From: Acidimicrobiia bacterium
GTDB lineage: Bacteria; Actinomycetota; Acidimicrobiia; Spongiisociales; SHLN01
Length of the DNA stretch: 53,368 bases
Direction: 5' to 3'
Assembly: GCA_041619515.1 (NCBI GenBank)
Contig: JBFKDW010000002.1
Location: 1-53,368, forward strand
Part shown: in pieces, positions 19,185 through 28,671 of the stretch
Layout: each line of letters starts with the position of its first letter
How positions within the stretch are numbered: position 1 is the first letter of the stretch
Program-made: the position numbers and the translations under genes
The notes under the pieces: model-generated
Told to the model about the DNA's origin: nothing
The model's database searches: none
Seen by the model: the letters and a program-made list of their open reading frames with translations, nothing else

Positions 19185-20204
19185 TCAGGCGAAACTCACG
19201 ACCGACCGACCGATGATCGAGCCCTCCCGCAGCCCGTCGAGACCATCGTTCACGGCATCCAGCTCGAACTCGGCCCCGATGATCGGCCGGATGAGGCCGC
19301 GCTCCACCAGTCCAACGGCCTCCAGCAGGTCACCCCTGGTGGATCCCCGTGAGCCCATGATCGCCACCTCGTCGTAGACGAGCCGCATCATCCCCACCGT
19401 CAGCTGCGGTACGAGATACCCGACGACGACAACCCGGCCACCCTTCCGACAGGCCAACACCCCCTGTTCCACCGAGCCCTCGATGCCCACGATGTCGATG
19501 AAGGCGTGCACCCCCAGCCCCTTCGTCAGCTCACGGATCTGGCCGGGGAGGTCGCCGTCGTCCGGATCGATCGACCAAGTGGCTCCCAGCTCCTCGGCCA
19601 GGCTGCGCCGCTCCTTGGTCCGGGCGATGGCGATCACCCTCGCCCCGGCCAGCGCCGCAACCTGCACGGCGATGAGCCCGAGCCCGCCCAGCCCGTACAC
19701 CGCCACGGTCTGGCCGGCCGTGACCCCGGCCCGTTTGAGGACGGCGTGGTAGGGCGAACCGACGGCGTCGGGAATCGTGGCCGCCTCGGCGAACGTGATG
19801 GCGGGCGGGATCTCGATGAGGTTGGCGGCGGGCACGCGTACGTACTCGGCGAGGGCGCCGTCTTGCTCGAGGCCGAGACGGAGCAATCGAGCACAGTAGT
19901 CGAGCTCACCCTTCCGGCAGTACTCACAGGTACCGCACGAGATGTCGAGGCCGACGGCCACTCTCGCTCCCTCGCGGAATCCACTCCCCTCCCCCCCGAG
20001 GGCGACCACCTCACCGGCCAGTTCGTGTCCCAGGATGCGGGGCGTCGTGACCGTCGGAATGGCTCCTTCGATGATCTTGAGATCGGTGCGACAGATTCCG
20101 GCGGCGCCGGTCCGGACGATGACATCGTCGATGGCGGGCTCCGGGTCGGGTACCTCCTGCACCGTCAGGGGCCGGTTGAACTCCTCCAACACCGCTGCTC
20201 GCAT
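19185..20204 (-). CDS. Zinc-dependent alcohol dehydrogenase
   Basis: GICRTD, GHE, CGTCEYC..G...C, GLGGLG. Confidence 0.93.
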   Translation of the reverse strand: MRAAVLEEFNRPLTVQEVPDPEPAIDDVIVRTGAAGICRTDLKIIEGAIPTVTTPRILGHELAGEVVALGGEGSGFREGARVAVGLDISCGTCEYCRKGELDYCARLLRLGLEQDGALAEYVRVPAANLIEIPPAITFAEAATIPDAVGSPYHAVLKRAGVTAGQTVAVYGLGGLGLIAVQVAALAGARVIAIARTKERRSLAEELGATWSIDPDDGDLPGQIRELTKGLGVHAFIDIVGIEGSVEQGVLACRKGGRVVVVGYLVPQLTVGMMRLVYDEVAIMGSRGSTRGDLLEAVGLVERGLIRPIIGAEFELDAVNDGLDGLREGSIIGRSVVSFA

Positions 20205-20349
20205 GGCATCTCCCGTAGCCGCATTCCGAGACTACGGTCGGGACGGCCGCCTCGTCAACAGACCCCGATGATCTGCGCCATGGGCCAGGTTCCGGCCCGC
20301 TCTCGGTTACCGCCTTTGCCGGGCGAGCTCGCTCGGGTCGACGAGCCGC

Positions 20350-21285
20350 CTACGCGTAGGCTTCGACGAGCCACTCGTGCAACCAGGCGGCTGCCTCCCT
20401 GGCGGCGATCTCCAGGTGAGACATGTCGCTGTACATGCTCATGTGCGTGCTCGATTGCTGGACGAACAGCCGCTTCTTGGTGGTCACGATCTCGTTGAAC
20501 GCGGGGATCTCTCGTTCCCACATGGTGAGGTCGTCACCTTCGGCAACGATCATCAAAGTGGGGGTGTCGAGAATCATCGGCAGGTACGGCCGCATGTTGT
20601 ACGCCCACACCCATTCGACCGACTGGATGGTGCTGTAGTGCTCGTGGCGCGGTGCGGTCGTTTCCTTGATCTTCATGAAGATCGGCTTGGTTTCCGGGTG
20701 CGGCCAGGTCACCACCTCGGTCTTGGGGTCACCCGAGTGGGGAATGAAGCCGTGTTCCCCGGTGAGATACCGGTTCTTCCGGTCCGATTCCACGAGTGCC
20801 GTCAGCTCGCGGAATCCGACAGAACCGTGGGCTCGCATCGAGTTGTACCAACCCTCGATCACCGGAATCTGGGACACAACGCACTTGACGCGAGAATCGA
20901 GCGCTCCGACCGCCAGCACGTGACCTCCGCTGTAGGAGATGCCCCACACCGCTATCCGTTCCGGGTCCAGATCTGGCTTGAACTCGTCCAGGTAGGAAAC
21001 GGCGTCGACCGCGCTCCGATAATCGGAGATCTGCATCCACGGGTCGATGTGCTGTCGGGGCTCTCCATCGCTGGCCCCGAAGTTCCGGTAGTCGAAGATC
21101 AGCGCGGCCACACCTACCTCGAGGAAGAACCGGGCGTACTCGGGCATGATGAGCTCTTTCACGTAGCACCACCCGCCGCCCATGATCACCACCGGCCAGG
21201 GGCCTTGGCCCGTGTCCGGCGTGTACAGGTCGGCCCGGAGCATCTGGCCCGGCGTCTCACTTTGGAACTCGACTTCTCGGTGCAT
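20350..21285 (-). CDS. Alpha/beta hydrolase (YcjY/acetyl-xylan-esterase-like)
   Basis: FDYRNFGASDGEPRQ, WGISYSGG, C-terminal Asp and His. Confidence 0.9.
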   Translation of the reverse strand: MHREVEFQSETPGQMLRADLYTPDTGQGPWPVVIMGGGWCYVKELIMPEYARFFLEVGVAALIFDYRNFGASDGEPRQHIDPWMQISDYRSAVDAVSYLDEFKPDLDPERIAVWGISYSGGHVLAVGALDSRVKCVVSQIPVIEGWYNSMRAHGSVGFRELTALVESDRKNRYLTGEHGFIPHSGDPKTEVVTWPHPETKPIFMKIKETTAPRHEHYSTIQSVEWVWAYNMRPYLPMILDTPTLMIVAEGDDLTMWEREIPAFNEIVTTKKRLFVQQSSTHMSMYSDMSHLEIAAREAAAWLHEWLVEAYA

Positions 21286-21466
21286 GGCAGACCTCCTTCA
21301 GACGCCGTGCTCGACCTATCCGGCAAGGATCACCGCGCGCAGGCTAGGCACCGCCGTTTGGGGGCGTCAATGGTGAGGGCGGCTGCCTCGGGACCGGCGC
21401 TCGCCCCGCGACTACTCTCGCACCGGCACCACCGACCTCTGGAAAGCACGCTGACAAGGAGATCCC

Positions 21467-22939
21467 ATGGAACGCTTCCGTCATCGCATCGGTTCGGAGG
21501 ACGTCTCCCCCGCCCTCGGCGAGTATCTCCCGACACTGAATCCGGTCACCGCCCGGCCGTGGGCCGAGATCGGGCGCGGCACCGCCGCGGATGTCGAGCG
21601 CGCTGTGGATGCGGCGTCGACGGCCTTCGCCACCTGGCGGAGCACCTCACCGTCGGAGCGAGCGGCCCTGTTGTGGCGGCTCGGGGAGGTCATCTCCGAG
21701 CACGCCGAGGAACTGGCTCAGCTCGAGTCGCGCGACATCGGCAAGGTCATCCGCGAGATGCGGGGTCAAATGGTGGGGCTGCCCAAGTGGTACCGCTACT
21801 TCGCGAGCCAATGCCACAACCTCGAGGGGTCGGTGATCCCGCTCGATCGGGCATCGATTCTCAACTACACCCGCCGCGAACCGTTCGGTGTCGTCGGCAT
21901 CATTCCGTCGTTCAACAGTCCGGTGCTCCTGACGAGCTTCGCGCTGGCACCGGCGCTGGCCACCGGCAATGCCGCCGTCATCAAGCCATCCGAGCACGCC
22001 TCGACGGCCGTGCTGTTGTTCGCCCGCCTGTTCGACGAGGCAGGCTTCCCCCCCGGTCTTGTGAACGTCGTTACGGGCCTGGGCCCGGAGGCCGGCGATG
22101 CTCTGGTCGGCCATCCCGAGGTTCGCAAGATCGCCTTCACCGGCGGAGTGGAGACCGCCCGGCTGGTGGGAGCCAGGGCGGCGGAAGCCGTCAAGCCGGC
22201 CATCCTGGAGCTGGGCGGCAAATCGGCCAACATCGTGTTCCCCGACGCCGACGTCACTTCGGCGGTCAACGGAATCATCGCCGGCATCTTCGCCGCCGCC
22301 GGCCAGACCTGCCTCGCCGGCTCCCGACTGCTGGCCCACGCCGAGATTGCCGACGAGATCGTCGAACGCATCTCCGACCGGGCCGCGACCATCGTGATGG
22401 GCGACCCGCTGCTGGACGAGACCGAAATGGGACCGGTCGCTCAACCGGGGATTCGCGACCGGGTGAACACCAGGGTCCGGGAGGCCATCGGTGTCGGTGC
22501 CGTAGCCGCCGCCGGAGGAGATTTGGACGCGGTCGGGGACCGGGCCGGATGGTTCTACCCGCCGACCGTGCTCGACAACGTCACCAACGACATGGCCATT
22601 GCGCGCCATGAGCTGTTCGGACCGGTGCTCAGCGTCATCCGCTTCTCCAGCGAGGAGGAAGCGCTCAGCATCGCCAACGACTCGCCCTTCGGGCTGGCGG
22701 CCGGTGTCTGGACCCGTGACCTGAGCCGGGCCCACCGGATGGCCGCCGATCTCGAAGCCGGAACGGTGTGGGTCAATACCTACAGAAGCCTCTCCTACTC
22801 ATCGCCGTTCGGTGGACGCAAGCTGAGCGGGTACGGACGGGAGCTGGGACGGGAAGGTCTCCTCGAGTTCACCCAGACGAAGAGCGTGTGGGTGGAGACG
22901 TCCGAAGAGCCCATGGGCGACCCGTTCGTCCTGCGGTGA
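21467..22939 (+). CDS. Aldehyde dehydrogenase
   Basis: KPSEH, FTGG, LELGGKS, GQTCLAGSR, ELFGPV, VWVNTYR. Confidence 0.95.
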   Translation: MERFRHRIGSEDVSPALGEYLPTLNPVTARPWAEIGRGTAADVERAVDAASTAFATWRSTSPSERAALLWRLGEVISEHAEELAQLESRDIGKVIREMRGQMVGLPKWYRYFASQCHNLEGSVIPLDRASILNYTRREPFGVVGIIPSFNSPVLLTSFALAPALATGNAAVIKPSEHASTAVLLFARLFDEAGFPPGLVNVVTGLGPEAGDALVGHPEVRKIAFTGGVETARLVGARAAEAVKPAILELGGKSANIVFPDADVTSAVNGIIAGIFAAAGQTCLAGSRLLAHAEIADEIVERISDRAATIVMGDPLLDETEMGPVAQPGIRDRVNTRVREAIGVGAVAAAGGDLDAVGDRAGWFYPPTVLDNVTNDMAIARHELFGPVLSVIRFSSEEEALSIANDSPFGLAAGVWTRDLSRAHRMAADLEAGTVWVNTYRSLSYSSPFGGRKLSGYGRELGREGLLEFTQTKSVWVETSEEPMGDPFVLR

Positions 22940-22947
22940 GTCGCGCG

Positions 22948-24291
22948 CTACCGGCCGACGGCTCCGGGCCCCGCCAGAAAGCGGCCGGCGCGTTCGTCGA
23001 CCGGTACACCCTCCTGGGCGACCAGCCGGCCCCGCAGGTACGTGGCCACAGCGCCGCCGACCAGGGTGCGCCCGGCGTACGGCGTCCATCCAGCTTTCGA
23101 GACGACATCCTCGTCCGCCACCGTCCACTCATGGTCCTGGTCGATGAGAACCAGGTCTGCATCGGCGCCCGGGACGATGTGTCCCTTGTGTTGGAGGCCG
23201 TATCGACGGGCAGGCTCTTCGGCGTAGCGGCGGACGACATCCTCATAGGACAGCCGGCCCTGGTGGGTCGCATCGAGGAGAAACGGAAGCGTCGTATCCA
23301 GACCCGGTAATCCGAACGGTGCCTCCCACATGCCGGCGTCTTTCTGGGCACGGGTAGAGGGAGCGTGGTCGGTGGAGACATGGGTCAGGACACCGGCTCG
23401 GAGAAGGCTCCACATGCTGTCCACGTGGGCATCGGTGCGGGCCCGAGCGGGAGGTGTGAATTTGCGGAGCGGGCCTTCCGTGTGCACCTCGTCCTCGCGG
23501 AACGCGAAATACTGAGGGCAGGCTTCGGCTGCCAAATCGGCACCGAGAGAGCGTGCCCACTCGATGATGCCGGCTGCCTCCGGCGTGCTGACATGGGCGA
23601 TCGTCGCCCGGGTGCCGTGGCGGGCCGCCAGAACCCCGGCTACCGCCACCGCCACCTCCTCGGCAGTGCGATTTCTCCATTCAATGAGCAGGCCGTTGTC
23701 GCTTCGGCCCTGTTCTTTGAGCACCTTCTCGGCGCGAGCGGTGATGGCCTCATCTTCACAGTGGATGAGGGCCGCTCCCGCAAAGCCGGCGATGTCGGCC
23801 ATGGCGGCATCGAGTTGAGCAGCGTCGAGCCCGGGTACACCGTGGGTCGTACAGGTGAAGATCTTGAAGAACGTGACCCCCGCCTCCCATAGCTCGCCGA
23901 GGCGGCCGATCCGGTCCGGCCAGGTATGGGCCGCCAGGCCGTAATCGACGTTGGAACGGCCCTCGAGATATCCCCGCTTGTCCGTGAGCTCGGAGACGGT
24001 CCGGATCGGATGGCCGTGGGTGTGCTCGACGATGGTCGTGACCCCGCGTGCGGCCGCCGCCCGGCTTCCGGCAGGGAAGTCCTCCCGCGCCGGGTCGCCC
24101 GGGTCCATCAGATGCACATGGGTATCGACCATGCCGGGCAACACGAGCAGACCGCTGGCATCGATGACGGTAGCCGCCGGCACATCCTCGAGGCCGACGT
24201 GCTCGATCCTCCCGTCTTCGATATAGACGTGGGCCCGCCGCCGCCGGCCGGCGGCGACCACCGTGCCACCCTTGACGGCCAGCTCGCTCAT
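22948..24291 (-). CDS. Cyclic amidohydrolase (allantoinase/dihydroorotase family)
   Basis: PGMVDTHVH, FFKIF, IHCE, AHVS, STDHAP, GADADLVL. Confidence 0.92.
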   Translation of the reverse strand: MSELAVKGGTVVAAGRRRRAHVYIEDGRIEHVGLEDVPAATVIDASGLLVLPGMVDTHVHLMDPGDPAREDFPAGSRAAAARGVTTIVEHTHGHPIRTVSELTDKRGYLEGRSNVDYGLAAHTWPDRIGRLGELWEAGVTFFKIFTCTTHGVPGLDAAQLDAAMADIAGFAGAALIHCEDEAITARAEKVLKEQGRSDNGLLIEWRNRTAEEVAVAVAGVLAARHGTRATIAHVSTPEAAGIIEWARSLGADLAAEACPQYFAFREDEVHTEGPLRKFTPPARARTDAHVDSMWSLLRAGVLTHVSTDHAPSTRAQKDAGMWEAPFGLPGLDTTLPFLLDATHQGRLSYEDVVRRYAEEPARRYGLQHKGHIVPGADADLVLIDQDHEWTVADEDVVSKAGWTPYAGRTLVGGAVATYLRGRLVAQEGVPVDERAGRFLAGPGAVGR

Positions 24292-24301
24292 TCCCGGGCC
24301 G

Positions 24302-25519
24302 TCACAGCATCAGCTTCTCTTCGTACTCGGTCCGCGACAGCACCCGCGCATCGCCCTCGGTCACCAGGCACATGTCTTCGATCCGGACCCCACCGCCGCC
24401 GGGCACATCCGGCACCCACACGAGGGGTTCGATGGCAAACAGCATGTTCGGCTCGAGCTCGTACGTCGTAGCACCGGGCAGGGTCTCACCGATGTAAGGA
24501 GGTTCGTTGGCCCCCATGCCAATTCCGTGCCCGATGAAGAGGCTGAACAAGTGGTCTTCGTAGCCGTATGAGCCGATCTTCTCGGTAATCGCCTCGGCCA
24601 CGTCTCGGTTCGAGTTGCCGGGCCGCAGCTGGTCGATTCCCGCCATGAGGCCTTCGTAGACGGCGGTGTAGATCTCGCGTTGGCGCCGGCTCGCCTTGCC
24701 GACGATGGTGGTCCGCCCGATGTCGGCGAAATAGCCGTTCCACATGGCACCAATGTCGATGAAACACAGATCGCCGTTGCGCATGATCTTGTCCGTGCAT
24801 ATCCGGTGAGGGGGAGACATGTGCTCCCCCGAGGCAACGAAGGGTGTTATGACGTGGGCCATCTCCCCGCCGAGGTAATAGAGCGTCTGCATGGCATCGC
24901 CCGCCACCTCTTGCTCGCGGCGGCCGGCTTTCGTTTCGTCCAGAGCCCGCTGGGTGACGGCGTCACCGATGGCACAGGCCTCCTCGACGATGGCGATTTC
25001 TTCGTCGAGTTTGATCCAGCGTGCTTGCTGCATGATCGCGTCGCCGTCGAGGATTTCCAGGTTCGGGAGGTGCCGGCTGATGGATTCGATGAGAGAGAGG
25101 CCCGCCACATCCATCCCGATGCGGCCATCGGCTATCCCGCGATCTCGCAGCAGTGGGAGGAGGGTCTCGCGCACGAACCCGTCGACCAGCTCGCGTTGTT
25201 CCATGACGGGAATCGGATGCACTCCGGCCAGCCACGGCATGCCGAACGTGGCCTTGTCCAGCTCACCACCCGAACAGAGCAAAACGGGATCCTCCCCCCC
25301 AGCCAGCAAGACGCCGTTCAGCGACGAGCTCTTCCCGGCAATGATCTGGGCTCGGAGCGAGGTGAGGTAGCGAACGTTCTCGTTCTTCCACAGCAAGAGC
25401 CCATCGAGCTGGGAATCAGCCAGCTCCGCCTTGACCTTGCCGATTCGCTTGGTTCGGAGGGCGGTGAAGTCGAAGCGCTCCTCCCAGTCGGCTGCCGCCT
25501 GGCCGCGGCCGTAGCTCAT
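24302..25519 (-). CDS. M24 family metalloenzyme (Xaa-Pro peptidase/creatinase fold)
   Basis: FIDIG, YFADIGRT, GHGIG, IEP, RIED: full D-D-H-E-E ligand set. Confidence 0.9.
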   Translation of the reverse strand: MSYGRGQAAADWEERFDFTALRTKRIGKVKAELADSQLDGLLLWKNENVRYLTSLRAQIIAGKSSSLNGVLLAGGEDPVLLCSGGELDKATFGMPWLAGVHPIPVMEQRELVDGFVRETLLPLLRDRGIADGRIGMDVAGLSLIESISRHLPNLEILDGDAIMQQARWIKLDEEIAIVEEACAIGDAVTQRALDETKAGRREQEVAGDAMQTLYYLGGEMAHVITPFVASGEHMSPPHRICTDKIMRNGDLCFIDIGAMWNGYFADIGRTTIVGKASRRQREIYTAVYEGLMAGIDQLRPGNSNRDVAEAITEKIGSYGYEDHLFSLFIGHGIGMGANEPPYIGETLPGATTYELEPNMLFAIEPLVWVPDVPGGGGVRIEDMCLVTEGDARVLSRTEYEEKLML

Positions 25520-25679
25520 CGCAGAAAAGCCCGGTGGAACCGGCGGGCGTCCCCGCTCGGCGACGGCGAGATCACGATCGGCACGTGCGACTCCCTCATC
25601 GGGTGACCGGAACCGATGCTATCCCATCAGGTTGGGCCCCTCGCCATCCACTTTGCTCGCCGTTCCGTATTCTCTTTGT

Positions 25680-26339
25680 ATGGCTCAGCCCTCTCCTCCC
25701 ATCCAGACGATCGGGCCCCGCGACGACGAGCCCGACGATTCCGCCCCGGAGCGCTCCGGGGCGCTTGGGCTCCTCCTCATCTCGATAGTGCTGTTGCTGT
25801 CGGTGGTTGCCCTGGGATCCGGGTCGGGCGGGATGGAGACCGAATCGGTTGATGAAGAGCGGCGGCTGGATTCCTCACTCCTCCACGATCTCGGCGGACC
25901 GGTCGACGCCGTCGAACAGTTCATGACGGCTCTCAGCTACGGTCAAACTGAGGTGGTGGCCGCAGCGGTCGCAGCCGATGCCGATGTCATCGAGCTCCCG
26001 CTCCTGTCGGCGCCGGCGGAGCAGATTGCAAGCACGATGGCGACATTTCAGGACATCGGCGGCGTCATTCAGATGTTCGGCTGCTCGGCCGACTCGCCGG
26101 CGGTTGATTCGGCAGCGGTGGGAGTCACCTGCTCGGTGGCATACACCAGCGACTTCATTCGACACCTCGATTCCCCTTACCTGCGTGGAACCATGGACTT
26201 CCTGGTTGTCGATGGGCTCGTCGGGCGCGTCCGGGTGGAAATGGAATCACCCCTCGCCGATAAGCGGGCCTTCGACCGGTGGCTGATCGACTTCTACGCC
26301 GAGCGTCTCGCCGCCGTTCGCGACCAGCGCGAGAGCTGA
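25680..26339 (+). CDS. Hypothetical membrane-anchored protein (possible NTF2-like domain)
   Basis: Single N-terminal hydrophobic helix; fills the gap between flanking genes; no recognisable family. Confidence 0.6.
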   Translation: MAQPSPPIQTIGPRDDEPDDSAPERSGALGLLLISIVLLLSVVALGSGSGGMETESVDEERRLDSSLLHDLGGPVDAVEQFMTALSYGQTEVVAAAVAADADVIELPLLSAPAEQIASTMATFQDIGGVIQMFGCSADSPAVDSAAVGVTCSVAYTSDFIRHLDSPYLRGTMDFLVVDGLVGRVRVEMESPLADKRAFDRWLIDFYAERLAAVRDQRES

Positions 26340-26349
26340 GGCGGACCGC

Positions 26350-26883
26350 TCAGGCAGACGCCTTCCCCTCCCCCAGGGAGCGCACCACTGCCAAGGCTTC
26401 TTGCAGATCGGGCTCGATGAGAGCGTCCTCGGACACCCATCGGTACCGAACCACCCCGTCGTGGCCTATCACGAACACCGACCGCTTGGCCACGCCCGAG
26501 TGACCCTTCCAGGCCTCGTATTGGACTCCGTAGGAAGCGGCAACCGTGCCTTCCCAATCGGAAAGCATGGGGAATTGCGCACCGAGTGAGGCGGCAAAAG
26601 CCATTTGAGAGAATGTGGCCGTCACCGCAATGGCGATCGGCTCGGCACCGAAACCTCGGATCTCGTCGACGAGTTGTCCCAACTGGGACAGTTCGTGACT
26701 TCACACGTGACCGAAGTCGAACACGTAGAAGAGCAGCAGGACGGGTCCGCCGGCGGTGAGGTCGTAAAGGCCGATGTCTTCCTCGAACGTCCGGCGCAGC
26801 CGGAAGGCGGGAGCCCCGTCCCCGACGCCGATATGGCCGGACGGAGGCCCGGCATGTGTGGGGCCATGTGGCGAAGGACTCAT
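26350..26883 (-). CDS. Peroxiredoxin-like (AhpC/TSA, AhpE/BCP-type) selenoprotein (177 aa; Sec61 = TGA 26703-26701)
   Basis: ORFs 26701-26883 and 26350-26682 are in frame. The joined protein reads VGDGAPAFRL...LLFYVFDFGHV-U-SHE...FPMLSDW...AKRSVFVIGHDGVVRY, with the UGA at the peroxidatic Cys position. Hairpin 3' of the UGA. Confidence 0.88.
26675..26700 (-). promoter_or_regulatory. Candidate bacterial SECIS element
   Basis: UGA-agucacgaac-UGUCCC-AGUU-GGGACA, with a possible lower stem gucacga/ucgu(c)gac; loop at +17..+20. Confidence 0.8.
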
Positions 26884-26903
26884 GCCGCGACGCTAGTCCT
26901 CTC

Positions 26904-28655
26904 TCAGGGGGCGGGCACGATGGGAGCGAGTAGATAACCGGGCCGCTCGGGACCAAGATGGAGGGCGGAGATGCCGCCGAAAACATCGGCGGGGCGATCT
27001 ACGGGGTCGTCGTGGAGAAACGGGCCGACCCCGGTGAAGCGGTTCTTGAAGGTGGTGATCGTCGACTCGTCGGCATCGGTCTCTCCCCGGAATTCGTAGT
27101 CCCGGCCCCGGACCCACAGTCCGACGGTGAAACCGGCTGGGACCACGATGGAGGTCGGCCACAGCTCGACGGCAACCTCGTAGGGCCGGCCGGGGACAAC
27201 GGGACTCCGCTCTTCGTGCGAGTGGTAGGGCCGCCAGGGCTTGCTCAGCTCCGGATCGAGTCGGCGGTGCGAAACCCGGAGCCACCCTTGCGCCACCGGG
27301 CTGTGGGGGTCGAGCGCTCCCTGGAACGTCACCTCGGCACCCCCGGGCTCGAAGAGCTGCAGGACGAGAAAGAGGTCGGCGTCGACGGTGGTCGAGGAGA
27401 CCGACAAATGGGCCGACAGCGGGCCGGTGACCTCCGTCGGCTCAACAAACGGATCGGAACGGAAGACGAGCCCTTCTCCCATCGCTTCGAATTCGAGCCG
27501 AGCAGAATCGCGCGGTGGATCGGGGCGCAGCCCGCCGTCGGGGTGGAGGTGAAAACGCGTCCACCGGGTGCGAGGAATCGGCCATCCTGCTTCGAATCGC
27601 TCCTCGAAACGGTCCACGTGACGCACCTGAAGCTGGACCGGTGGCCGGCGGTTCCACCCGTTGGGCTCACCTTTGAGGAAATGATCGAAGAACTGCTTCT
27701 GGATGGTCCGGCCGTAGTCCGTGTAGAAATGCGTCCAGTGCTCGAGCCCGTGAACCTCGAGCCACCTGTTCTCAGATGCGGCCTGCCCGAAGCCTTCGAA
27801 GTTCCCGCGGGCATGCAGGCCGTGCCCACCCCAGTTGGCGGCGCTCAGCAGCGGGACGGTGATCTTGTCCCATTGGGGCGACCGGGCCCGGTGGTAGTCG
27901 TCATCGAGGGGATGGGAGAGGATCTCCACCCCCAGATCGCACCGGTTTGCTGCCAAGTCCTCCTCGGACAGGGTCTCGTCACCGCAGGCGGGCAAGCCGG
28001 TCACCGGGTGGCGGGGCCCCCGTTCGCCGAGGCCGTGCTGCACGGTGCGCACCTGCATGTCGTACCAGTTGGCCCAGAACGTGTTGAGGATTCCCCCGTG
28101 GTGGGTCATGTCGCGGTACCAGTCGGCGGCTCCCTCCCACACACAGATCGCCGCCAGGTGGGGCGGCCGGCGCGAAGCGGCATGCCACTGGTTGATGGCG
28201 TAGTAGGAGATCCCGTTGAGTCCCACCCGTCCATTCGACCAAGGCTGCGCGCCCGCCCACTCGATGCACTCGTACAGATCCTGCGTCTCGCGGGGAGAGA
28301 ACGGGTCGATGAACCCGGGAGAACGTCCGGCCCCCCGTGAATCCACTCGCACGCACGCGTAGCCGTCCGCCACCCACTTCTCCGGGTCGACCACCTCCCA
28401 AGCCTGGTATCGGTTGGAGGATCCGGCGGCTACGTCGGGATGGGCCTCGACCATCCGCTTCCACTGGTCCGGGTAGCCCTCCTGGAAGGCCAGCCCTTTG
28501 GCGTAGGGGCCATAGCTGAGGATGACCGGATGACCACCGTCGGCGATGGGACGAAACACGTCGGCGCGCAACACGGTGCCATCGTCCATTTCTACCGGAA
28601 CGTCCCAGGCAATGCGCATGCCATCCCTGGTCTCGATCGCCGGGCCGTCGGTCAT
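26904..28655 (-). CDS. CocE/NonD family hydrolase
   Basis: DGTVLRADVFRP, DSRGAGRSPG, GISYYA, C-terminal GWLRVSHR and VELWPTS. Confidence 0.93.
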   Translation of the reverse strand: MTDGPAIETRDGMRIAWDVPVEMDDGTVLRADVFRPIADGGHPVILSYGPYAKGLAFQEGYPDQWKRMVEAHPDVAAGSSNRYQAWEVVDPEKWVADGYACVRVDSRGAGRSPGFIDPFSPRETQDLYECIEWAGAQPWSNGRVGLNGISYYAINQWHAASRRPPHLAAICVWEGAADWYRDMTHHGGILNTFWANWYDMQVRTVQHGLGERGPRHPVTGLPACGDETLSEEDLAANRCDLGVEILSHPLDDDYHRARSPQWDKITVPLLSAANWGGHGLHARGNFEGFGQAASENRWLEVHGLEHWTHFYTDYGRTIQKQFFDHFLKGEPNGWNRRPPVQLQVRHVDRFEERFEAGWPIPRTRWTRFHLHPDGGLRPDPPRDSARLEFEAMGEGLVFRSDPFVEPTEVTGPLSAHLSVSSTTVDADLFLVLQLFEPGGAEVTFQGALDPHSPVAQGWLRVSHRRLDPELSKPWRPYHSHEERSPVVPGRPYEVAVELWPTSIVVPAGFTVGLWVRGRDYEFRGETDADESTITTFKNRFTGVGPFLHDDPVDRPADVFGGISALHLGPERPGYLLAPIVPAP

Positions 28656-28671
28656 GGCCGGCGCGCCCCGA

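Noticed and set aside
17791..26883. The two split genes as nonsense pseudogenes
   Set aside because: Both stops hit precisely the catalytic residue, both halves are intact, and both share the same downstream hairpin; two independent accidents are unlikely
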